DNA of 64,000 bases, taken from positions 1-64,000 of the forward strand of contig CAVTBV010000005.1 in the NCBI GenBank assembly GCA_963733095.1, given 5' to 3'. Shown here one piece after another: positions 1 through 8,196 of this stretch (position 1 is the stretch's first letter; every line of letters begins with the position of its first letter). The position numbers and the translations under genes are program-made. The notes under the pieces were generated by a model. The model saw only the letters and a program-made list of their open reading frames with translations. It was not told the origin of the DNA and did no database searches. Source of the stretch: Candidatus Bathyarchaeota archaeon. GTDB lineage: Archaea > Thermoproteota > Bathyarchaeia > Bathyarchaeales > Bathycorpusculaceae.

Positions 1-195
1 TAATTTCTTTGTCAATTTTACAGCATCTAAGTCCAAAAAACGAAAAAAAGAAAAGAGAAGGTTGGATGTTACAGTTTTGGTTCTGTTTAGGTTTTTCCCA
101 GCTCACATGACCATTCAAAGTTATAGTCATAGGCAACTTCTCGAATACAGCGCAGATTTTGAGTATGTCATTAGCAAACGCCCTAAGACTCTCTG

Positions 196-538
196 TTATT
201 CCATACTTGAAATCTCCTTAAACAACGCTTTCACTTCCTTACCTGATCCACTTTCGCTAAATACCGGATTATATTCGACTTCTATGAGGTCTTTCTTCCA
301 AGCTTTGAAACATAACCCAGACATCTTAAATGCCCCCTCAAACTCGGAATTCGGAGACATCAACATATAAACAGACACATTAAACGCTGGTTCATCAGGT
401 TTCCTAAATTCTTCGAATTCTCCGATAGCCTCAGCAATAGCTTCAGATGAGTTTTTGTATGCCGTATAGTTTTACTTTCTCTGCAAGTTCTTTGGAAACT
501 TCTATCTGAACCGTTTCGCTATCAATTTTTTCAGTCAA
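196..538 (-). pseudogene. Hypothetical protein, one frameshift
   Basis: TTG at 538 with AGGTGG RBS (MTEKIDSETVQIEVSKELAEK...) shifts near 450 into the frame of ORF 196..378. Confidence 0.5.
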
Positions 539-559
539 ATTTTTCCACCTGAAAGTGTT

Positions 560-826
560 TTAGTTCTTTCCTTTCAGCCAATCAAGCTGTTTATTCAATG
601 GCATTTTTGCGAAGGTTTCGAGTGCTAAGCAAACAAAGCAGTTTTCCGATACCTTGAATTGCTTGACTACTTGATCGAGGGCTTTTTCTGCGAGAGACGT
701 CTTTGGCAAGGTTTTCATTTCTACAAAAGGCTTCGAGCCTTTCGGGTTGTTTTTGCAGTGTTTACAGTTTGATGATTCATGGAGTTTCTCTATAGCGGTT
801 TTAAAATCATTTTGTTCTTTAGACAT
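560..826 (-). CDS. Small Cys-containing hypothetical protein
   Basis: 88 aa ORF with AGGAG RBS and CKHC motif. Confidence 0.65.
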   Translation of the reverse strand: MSKEQNDFKTAIEKLHESSNCKHCKNNPKGSKPFVEMKTLPKTSLAEKALDQVVKQFKVSENCFVCLALETFAKMPLNKQLDWLKGKN

Positions 827-848
827 TTTATTTTTCTCCTCACACTAT

Positions 849-937
849 TTTATATCGTTTTAGCTATAAATTAGGTATAATTAAATAATATTTAAATATA
901 TCGTTTGGGTAAGAAAATAGTAATAAAGGCGATATAA
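849..937. promoter_or_regulatory. Divergent promoter with TATATCG operator repeats
   Basis: TATATCGTTT at ~852 and ~897, inverted CGATATA at 930-936, between divergent genes. Confidence 0.55.
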
Positions 938-1100
938 TGGTTAAGAGAATCCTAGTAACCTTGGATGATGAACAGTGCCCGATACCTGCAGAACCTAAGA
1001 GGGTTCGGTTACCAAAGACGCTGAAATAATCCGAAATATAGTGATTGCTTACCTCTCTGAAAAGTCCTATTTGAAACAAGCCACAGAGAAAAAGGAATAA
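937..1100 (+). pseudogene. CopG/RHH regulator (antitoxin-like), frameshifted
   Basis: MVKRILVTLDDEQ...LRGFG.TKDAEIIRNIVIAYLSEKSYLK reconstructed across two single-base insertions. Confidence 0.7.
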
Positions 1101-1112
1101 GGTGAAATAGTT

Positions 1113-1226
1113 TTGACATCTAAGAAGCAACTGAAAAAACAGAAAAATGAATTGCCTGGAGAAAAAATCATCTACCCAACTTCCGACGAAATTGTTGAAA
1201 TCAACAAGGCTGTTCTTGGGAAATAA
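1113..1226 (+). pseudogene. Truncated Fic/Doc-like toxin N-terminus
   Basis: IIYPTSDEIVEINKAVL resembles the Doc N-terminal helix; stops after 37 aa with no HPFxxGNxR motif. Confidence 0.45.
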
Positions 1227-1274
1227 GAGGCGTTAGGTCAACTGCCAGAATCAATACGTAAGGAAATTGAAGAA

Positions 1275-1519
1275 ATGGCTAAACGCTTCAAACCAAGAGA
1301 CCCTGCAAGAATCGATAGAATACTTGCGGTAATTGGGGAACTTTGGAAATTAGAGCCAGATACTCGGTTAGGACAGCTTCTTTTGAATTTTGCTTTTCGT
1401 GGTGGAGATCACGAGAAAAGACGAACTACCTCATGTACGAGCAAGAAGACGACCTAACTTTGGCAGCTTTGGAAAAGACCTTGAAGAAAGAAAAGCAATC
1501 ACGTAGAAAGAAGGTATAA
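1275..1519 (+). CDS. YihD/DUF1040-like small phage-type protein, frameshifted
   Basis: RDPARIDRILAVIGELWKLEPDTRLGQLL motif; C-terminal YEQEDD segment continues in another frame to TAA 1519. Confidence 0.6.
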
Positions 1520-1521
1520 AC

Positions 1522-2293
1522 ATGGCTGATAACGAAAAGTCTGAAACAGGTGAACCTAAGGAATCCGAGAAAGCAAATGAAGTTGACACATTAAGCGAAA
1601 AACTTGAAACCTTGAATATGCGTGTGCGTCCAGCGACAAAGGCTGCAGCTAGAAAAACTCTCACCAGACGGCCAAATGACATCTTTCGTAACTGAGTTAA
1701 TTGAAGGTGCGGTAAAACAAGGTGGAGGAAAAATTTCAATTGATAGTTCTTACGAGCGTCTTTTGTCTGAAACTGAAAAGTACCGGCGTGAACTCGATAG
1801 CATCGAAAAAGCATTAGGCGACAAATTTGAACTTGTTCGTGGTGTGGCTCAAAAGACAATGGCTTTGAATCTTCAAACCGTCGACTTAATAGTGAAAGAA
1901 CTGCTGCAACACCAAGTAAACCATCATAAAGACGGTTTCAGTGAACGAGACAAAAACGACTTCATAGATTGGCTGGAAACTTGGAAGAAAAACGAGAACG
2001 CTGAAAAGCAACTGAAAAGAGTCCAATTTGAAAAGTACGGAGTTACTATACCTGAGAACTTGAATCAAGAGCAAGCACTGGCAAAGCCTAAGCGTTTTAT
2101 TAGCAAGAAAGATAGGTGTAGATGTAGTAGCAGCCTGAGCACACACTGTTTGAACATAACCAAAGAGCCTTCCATATCCAGGACGGAATGCACCATGGCA
2201 TTAACCAATTCTGCGATACACCTAAAACGACTACCGAAAGAATTAACAGAGCTGGTAGTGACCACGCCACAAGCAAAGAAGAAAAGGACATGA
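1522..2293 (+). CDS. RHH-domain coiled-coil protein, frameshift near 1645
   Basis: ATG 1522 ...TLNMRVRPATK joins QLEKLSPDGQMTSFVTELIE of ORF 1622..2293. Confidence 0.6.
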
Positions 2294-2454
2294 TAGTCAA
2301 ATACTTGAAAGAATATGGCAGCAACAACCAAAAAGAAATGGTTAATATCTACTTCTATAATCATGGTTTTCCGCCGCCTTTTCCAGAGATCGAGAAAGTC
2401 GAAGACCAAAAACCGATAATACTGTGGAAACCTGAAGGCAGAAAGGACGATTAG
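2290..2454 (+). CDS. Small hypothetical protein
   Basis: ATGA overlap with the upstream stop; MIVKYLKEYGSNNQKE... Confidence 0.5.
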   Translation: MIVKYLKEYGSNNQKEMVNIYFYNHGFPPPFPEIEKVEDQKPIILWKPEGRKDD

Positions 2455-2529
2455 TTCCGTCTTTTTCCATGGACTTTATACATTCAAAGGCTAAAACAGA
2501 CTGTAAATCACTTATCTTTAGACCCCAAA

Positions 2530-2659
2530 TGTAACGCTTCTTTCCATACTTAGTATATATATGCGTTACAAAGCTCTTTTTTGCAATACCCCTACAGAAA
2601 CACTATTCAATTCTTTTAGACATAGAATAATCAAGATTTTCATGGGCGGCTGCGTTACA
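2530..2659. repeat. TGTAACGC/GCGTTACA inverted and direct repeats
   Basis: TGTAACGC 2530-2537, GCGTTACA 2563-2570 and 2652-2659. Confidence 0.6.
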
Positions 2660-2853
2660 CAATCTCCCCTCAACCATCCTTCTATGTTGTACTTAATCTA
2701 TATTAAGTAAAAAGGTCTCTGTGTGGAACAACACAATTCAATTTTTTTTTGAAGTTTTTTTTCCTTATAGAACCATGGTTTGATAGTAAACTAACCATAT
2801 CTGAAAGGCAAAGGTAAACAGAACAAGAAACTTAGAGAAGAATAAGTATAGAG

Positions 2854-3848
2854 TTAAAACTTCTTTGGTGTAACGTAAGGCTCAACACAAGTTCTCCAGG
2901 TTTCTCTCCAACCTTCTTTGCTCTTGCTTGAGTAAACCCGCTTCTGTTCCTCAACAGTCTTGCCCATAAAGAAATCAAGGTAGCGATCAACCGCTCTATT
3001 GTGTTCGCTGTCTCCGGTTGTGCTGTCTCTTGCCAATGTGCTGCCTGAAGCCCTTAAGGAATGTGTACAGCAAGTCTGTGCGTTCCCCTTTCTCAAACTT
3101 CTCTCCAAGAAAAAGCTCAGCCTTCCTTCTGAAGTAAGCGCATGTTTGAACCTTAGAAGTGGGAAACAGTTTAGTGTCAGAAGTGAGTCCATCTTTTAAT
3201 TGAGGGTCTAACCACTTGTTAAGTTCTTTGATTCCCCACTTACCAATAAAGCTCATAAAAGGAATATCTGATTTCACTCTCTCAGTGTCTATGCAAAGTG
3301 GAACTCTGTTGGCTTCATACTCCTTTTGAATATCCCCGTAAGTAAGAGCTAGAGTAGTGGAGCAATCAATGAAAGATTGAAAGATGAGAACACCCATGCT
3401 TCGATACATCTGAGAATCAAACAAGTTAAAGAAACGTACAACATCTTCAACAGTCCAAGCATACTTCTTAAGGTCTGGATTACTAGCAGGTAAATGAGTA
3501 TCGTTTGTTGAGAAAGGCACATGATATTTCTTTGCTAACTGTTGAACACTTGCCACATAGACCCTAACTGTTTTGCGCTTAAACATCTTAACCTTGAGCA
3601 ACCAATCCACATACTTTCGAATAACTGTTGAAGCAACATCTTCCGCTTGTCGCCAACCTAACCCTCTATCTCTTTCGAGTTTATCTAAGAAATCTGGAAT
3701 AGACCCTTGAGGTTTATAGAACTCTTCAAACGTCAAAAGCCCAGCTCGATATACTTCGTGTACCTGGATTCTTTCCCTCTAAGAACTCTTCTATTTTAGG
3801 ATCAAAGGTACCGAGATATTGAGGCTTGTTGATTTGAGTTAATGTCAT
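2854..3848 (-). CDS. Tyrosine recombinase with atypical box I, at least two frameshifts
   Basis: ATG 3848 with GAGG RBS; FQSFIDCSTTLALTYGDI (box I), HSLRA (HxxR), FFMGK...RVY (catalytic Tyr) over ORFs 2996..3736 and 2854..3192. Confidence 0.8.
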
Positions 3849-3869
3849 CTAGTCAACCTCTATGTGCAA

Positions 3870-4325
3870 TCAATGAACCTTGGTTAAGGTCCAACCAAAT
3901 ACTTTCAATTGAACGTTGATTTCGGTAAGGAGTTGATGTGCTTCAAACGACTGGCCTTCTTCAAGTGATAGTTTGTTTTCTTCAGGCTGTAGTTGATCTT
4001 CTGATTCTTCTATTCTTTCGACCTGATACGCTATAGCCTTCTGGGATTCTGTAAGTGAGAGTTCAAGCTTCCGGTGATTAGCGGCTTGGACTAACGTGTA
4101 CGCTAATCGTTGTGGGTCTGAATTGTTGGGAAGCTTGAACTCCTGGGATGGCTGGTTCCATGTCTGCTTTGCTTTGGCGACTATGATAAAATTCGGATGG
4201 TTAGTTTGATTGATAGAATTCTTTAGTGGCACCGTTTTATTATTTGTGTCCTGACGTTTGCTTTTCGCTTCGGCTAATCCAAGACTTACTTTTTTCTTCC
4301 TTGTTTTTTTAGTCAATGTTATCAA
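3870..4325 (-). CDS. Hypothetical protein, paralog of 4322..4816
   Basis: Shared WxQPS..xLP...A.xLVQ..ANxxxLEL.LxES pattern. Confidence 0.75.
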   Translation of the reverse strand: MITLTKKTRKKKVSLGLAEAKSKRQDTNNKTVPLKNSINQTNHPNFIIVAKAKQTWNQPSQEFKLPNNSDPQRLAYTLVQAANHRKLELSLTESQKAIAYQVERIEESEDQLQPEENKLSLEEGQSFEAHQLLTEINVQLKVFGWTLTKVH

Positions 4326-4816
4326 CCTTCTGCAATTAATGAATAACCGAATTGTGCAAGTTCAGATCGCAAATTGGAAACGTACTCAAAAGACGCGTAA
4401 CTTTGATTTGGTAAAATAATATTTTCCGGTGGTTGCTCAGTTATCTCTGGGTTGTTCGGGTCTGGGTCTTCTTGCTTTGAGACCTTGAATCTTAAGATGT
4501 TTTGATTTGATTCGATTAATTCGAGTTCAAGTTCTTTTCTATTTGCAAGAACCTGGACTAACTGGAACGCTGCTTTCTTTGATTCCATAGGAGGCAACCT
4601 GCCAACTAGGCTTGGCTGGGTCCACGAAGCAGCTATTTTCACTAAAAAAGCTGGGCTAAATGCTGTAGAAATGTTAGACTTTTCACGGTCTAGTTCATTG
4701 TTAGGTGCTGGTGCTTTAAAAGTTGGTTTAGGTTTCTTTTGGCTGTAATGAGGGGCACCACTGTTATGATGACTTTGTTGGCCGTAACCATGACCTCCAC
4801 GTGCATTATAACCCAA
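4322..4816 (-). CDS. Hypothetical protein, paralog of 3870..4325
   Basis: GGAGG RBS; stop overlaps next start; shared motif. Confidence 0.75.
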   Translation of the reverse strand: MGYNARGGHGYGQQSHHNSGAPHYSQKKPKPTFKAPAPNNELDREKSNISTAFSPAFLVKIAASWTQPSLVGRLPPMESKKAAFQLVQVLANRKELELELIESNQNILRFKVSKQEDPDPNNPEITEQPPENIILPNQSYASFEYVSNLRSELAQFGYSLIAEG

Positions 4817-4831
4817 TTTCTTGAATCCTCC

Positions 4832-5359
4832 TTAAACTTTTCTTGATATTAGAACTGCCATTGAACCGAAAGCAGAAAAGATAGCTCCGAGCGCAACTAA
4901 CAACGGTTTAGTGGGTAACAGATCAAGTATTTGGTTTGATATTGGCGTTGGTGAAGGCGCAACGTATGTTGATCCAGTAACGATTAAAGTGGCATAACAG
5001 TTAATTGTAGTTGTTCCGTCAACAGTGACTTGACATACAATTGGATAACTACCAGGACTCCCATAAAACAAGAACATTGAAGAACCGGTTACAGGTAAAG
5101 TATTTCCGTCAGCCAACCAATGATACGTTATTTGATGAGCCGAGCCGTCAAACTTTAGAGTGGTAGTAAACAACTGAGATTGATTGACTCCGACTGTTGC
5201 TGAAATTGGAGTAAGATCAACAGCATACGCATTGTTTTCGCTATAGAATAGACTTAGCGGCTTAACATCAGCAACAACTAGCCCAATAAGTGATATGCCT
5301 AAAAATAGTGAAATTAACCCTGATACAAGAAGAATTTGTTTCGTCTTTTTCGTTGTCAA
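4832..5359 (-). CDS. Membrane protein with PKD/Ig-like domain
   Basis: N-terminal TM/signal, ITYHW..DG...PGSYPIVCQVT PKD-like pattern, PSPTP linker, C-terminal TM. Confidence 0.75.
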   Translation of the reverse strand: MTTKKTKQILLVSGLISLFLGISLIGLVVADVKPLSLFYSENNAYAVDLTPISATVGVNQSQLFTTTLKFDGSAHQITYHWLADGNTLPVTGSSMFLFYGSPGSYPIVCQVTVDGTTTINCYATLIVTGSTYVAPSPTPISNQILDLLPTKPLLVALGAIFSAFGSMAVLISRKV

Positions 5360-5389
5360 TTCTTAAACCTCTTTAATTGTTTCTTCATA

Positions 5390-5625
5390 GAAAAAAGGGA
5401 TACTGGAAACAAGGAATGAAAATTGAAAATAACTTCGTTGATTTGGTTGAAGGTTCCCAGTACCCCTAAGAGACGCCGGAGGACAAGCATCTTCATAGCA
5501 TAGGTGAGAGTGCCAGTTCGCAAAAAAACTGACCCCCATACTTTAAAGATCACTTGCACTTCCAGCACTCTCAATAGAAAAAAGAGTAGACAGAAGACGT
5601 TGATTCTTGCTTCTTTTCTACTTTT
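5390..5625 (-). ncRNA. Putative structured RNA/leader with four hairpins
   Basis: Minus-strand stems AGTAGAAAAGAAG/CTTCTGTCTACT, TGAGAGTGCTGG/CTGGCACTCTCA, AGATGCT/GGCGTCT, AGGGGTACTGGGAAC/GTTTCCAGTATCCCT with many G-U pairs; U6 tracts follow stems 1 and 4. Confidence 0.6.
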
Positions 5626-5662
5626 AACTGATATTAGAGAAGTATTATTAGCACACTGCTAC

Positions 5663-6214
5663 TTATCTATAATAGTGCCGAGCAATGTCGTGCTCAGAGT
5701 ATTTTGTAACAAAGGCATCGAACCATTCTACAGCAAATCGCTTGAAAGTAAATGCCATAGCATCGTTGCCTGGTTTCAACAACCCAAGAACTAAATCATG
5801 TTGGTCGTGTAAATGTTTTAAAGCAATAATGAATTTAGCGCATGTTCCAGGATCAGGAAAATGGCCGCCTCTTTTAGACTTTGATTTAGGATAAAATCTG
5901 TAAATATCAGTCTTTATTATGCTAGGTACGCCTGGGAGAAAAGTTTCTTTTAACTTCTGGTTATCTGCCCATATACGCCCAGGAATATCATTACCCAAAA
6001 ACTCACAATATTTTTGAAAGATTTTCAACCGTTCTTCAGGTCTTAATAAACTGGCAATATTAGAGTACATTTCATAATCAGTCATGCTGTTCCTTAAGGC
6101 CACCCCTTGCCAATTCAATCTTTCTTTTCCCTCATTGTTATTTATTTCTTGTTTTTTCTTCAATTCTTGTTCTTTCTTGTTGATGTAGTGGCGATTTATT
6201 TCTTCATCGTTCAT
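5663..6214 (-). CDS. Hypothetical protein
   Basis: 183 aa ORF, leaderless ATG downstream of a TATA-like box. Confidence 0.7.
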   Translation of the reverse strand: MNDEEINRHYINKKEQELKKKQEINNNEGKERLNWQGVALRNSMTDYEMYSNIASLLRPEERLKIFQKYCEFLGNDIPGRIWADNQKLKETFLPGVPSIIKTDIYRFYPKSKSKRGGHFPDPGTCAKFIIALKHLHDQHDLVLGLLKPGNDAMAFTFKRFAVEWFDAFVTKYSEHDIARHYYR

Positions 6215-6303
6215 AGTAGCATAGTGCTACATTCAAGCTTAAATATTTAACGGTTTTTCAATTATCACCTTGAAATAAGGTTTTTTCTGTGTCCTTTTTC
6301 TTT

Positions 6304-6324
6304 TGACAGTTGTTAAGACTGTCA
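6304..6324. promoter_or_regulatory. Palindromic operator TGACAGT-N7-ACTGTCA
   Basis: Perfect 7-bp inverted repeat just upstream of the wHTH gene in a divergent region. Confidence 0.6.
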
Positions 6325-6342
6325 TAGTGAGGTTAGATAAAA

Positions 6343-6594
6343 TTGGAAAAAGGATATGATGAAAAAATCCTCAGTCTACTTGAGAAGACAGACACACCAA
6401 CAGATACAGAAAAAATTCGATTAGAAGTTGGAATAGGAAACTGGAGCACAGCTTTAGCACATTGCTTAGGATTACTAATGGCTAAAAAGATCAGTGGAGT
6501 CAAGACAAGCAAGTCTTGGGTTTTTTGGTCCAAAAACAGATCAGTAGCACTATTTGGCACTCTAGAAAAGAAAGAAGTAGCAGTGGAGGCCTAA
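6343..6594 (+). CDS. Winged-helix regulator
   Basis: TDTEKIRLEVGIGNWSTALAHCLGL HTH and GVKTSKSWVFW wing. Confidence 0.75.
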   Translation: MEKGYDEKILSLLEKTDTPTDTEKIRLEVGIGNWSTALAHCLGLLMAKKISGVKTSKSWVFWSKNRSVALFGTLEKKEVAVEA

Positions 6595-6600
6595 GCAAAA

Positions 6601-6846
6601 TTGCCATGCCTTCCATTCCTTTCAATCATTAGACGTCACAATCTTGGTCCTTTGAACGGTTACCTAGATAAAGAAACGACGCCTAAATTTGAAAAACCAA
6701 AGATCTGTCGCGTTTGCGATTACTTTCAAAAAGAAAATTATTGCAGACTTAACGCCATGTATGGAATTAAAGAAGAATCCAAGGCATGTTTCCGAGCCAT
6801 ACCCATCCAAAATAAGAGAGGATTACATTGGTATCAAAACCTGTAA
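6601..6846 (+). CDS. Small Cys-rich protein
   Basis: CRVCDYF...CRL...C motif. Confidence 0.6.
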   Translation: MPCLPFLSIIRRHNLGPLNGYLDKETTPKFEKPKICRVCDYFQKENYCRLNAMYGIKEESKACFRAIPIQNKRGLHWYQNL

Positions 6847-7001
6847 AACCTGAATTCTGTAGCTCATGCAATTACTATGAACCTGGAAGAACTTCCTGCA
6901 AATTAGGCTTCTACACTAATCCAAGAAATCGTTGTTGCGGAGAAGGAAAACTCATAGAAAAATCGGGTGAAAAACCAAAGTGTCAGACCGTTTCTTTTTG
7001 A
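6828..7001 (+). CDS. Small Cys-rich protein (57 aa, below ORF-track cutoff)
   Basis: TTG with GAGG RBS; FCSSCNYY...CKLG...CC. Confidence 0.55.
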   Translation: MVSKPVKPEFCSSCNYYEPGRTSCKLGFYTNPRNRCCGEGKLIEKSGEKPKCQTVSF

Positions 7002-7203
7002 CCGGAAAAATAGTACCAGCCAATTCAGCCGTTCCTTCAAAGTCTATGTTTTAGTTAATGAAGAGTTTGTCTTTATCGGATTGGTAACTCGGAAGGCTTT
7101 AGAAGCTCTATTACGTTTTCAAATCCCTCAAGCGGACATTTGTAAATTCGATCAAGCAGCAACGCAAGAACCATTAAATTTTAGCTTGGAGCTGAAGCCA
7201 TGA
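6967..7203 (+). CDS. Hypothetical protein
   Basis: ORF in tightly packed operon. Confidence 0.6.
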   Translation: MKNQSVRPFLFDRKNSTSQFSRSFKVYVLVNEEFVFIGLVTRKALEALLRFQIPQADICKFDQAATQEPLNFSLELKP

Positions 7204-7487
7204 CCAAGCACCAAGAACAAGAAATCTGCAAGGCTAACGTAGCAGAATCTTACCCTTACAAGTTTGATTTTCAATGTAAACGAGAAGGTAAATTTAGCAT
7301 TCGAAGTTCAAGGCGTCTTAAAACTAATCGAGAAATAAGTCTTAGAACCATTCCAGGAGACGTTTAACTTTGTGTCCTCCGATGTGTCCTAAAAGTACCC
7401 GATGCGCCGACTTCAAAATATTATGCGACAAATGCGTAAATTTCTCCAAGTTCACCGAAAAAATGAACATGGCGCTGGTGTACTAAG

Positions 7488-7856
7488 TTGGCAGCCAAAA
7501 AAATAGAGTCGCTTGTCAAGCTCAGAGACGCATGTACTATGGTTGCAGAGGCGTTAAATGAATATATCGACACACTCGCACCGAAAGAGACCAGAGAAGA
7601 AAAAACAGTAGTCAACGAAAACACCTTTACAACTCTAATATTTGATGTGCAACAAGGCTCAAAACTCGGAGCTTTTGAAGTCGCCTATAAGCAAACCAAC
7701 GTAACAGAGAAATTCCAACTCGCTTTTGAAGTTCTCTCGAAGTCAAACGCAACAATCCAATCTCGGTATCACTGCAAAGAATACGAGTTTTCATATTGGC
7801 TCTATGGTGAAGGCAAAATTTACCGGCAAAAACTCAAAGAGGCGTCTAAAAATTGA
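7488..7856 (+). CDS. Hypothetical protein
   Basis: 122 aa ORF in packed operon. Confidence 0.75.
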   Translation: MAAKKIESLVKLRDACTMVAEALNEYIDTLAPKETREEKTVVNENTFTTLIFDVQQGSKLGAFEVAYKQTNVTEKFQLAFEVLSKSNATIQSRYHCKEYEFSYWLYGEGKIYRQKLKEASKN

Positions 7857-7962
7857 AGACAGACGTCACATGCAACGGCTGTGCTCTTATCAAATGTGAG
7901 GTCCGAGAAAACGCCGACGGCTGCCCTGACGACGAAAAACAAACACAGGAGACGTTTCAGCA

Positions 7963-8196
7963 TTGACCGAGCACTTTTTTAAATGTCCCGATCCTGATTG
8001 TAACTGCCTTTTCCTGACACAACACGACTTAAACAAGCACATAACCAAGTTTGGAGAAAAACACGGCCAAGCACTCAAAGAAGTACACCAAAATTCTGAC
8101 AATCATTATGCCTCAATGGAATTTTCCGCGGCTGACAAACTCCAGCAAGAACTCGGCAAAATAGTTTTAGAACATTATGGAGCGTCTAAACGTTGA
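7963..8196 (+). CDS. C2H2 zinc-finger protein
   Basis: FKCPDPDCNCLFLTQHDLNKH...H. Confidence 0.75.
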   Translation: MTEHFFKCPDPDCNCLFLTQHDLNKHITKFGEKHGQALKEVHQNSDNHYASMEFSAADKLQQELGKIVLEHYGASKR

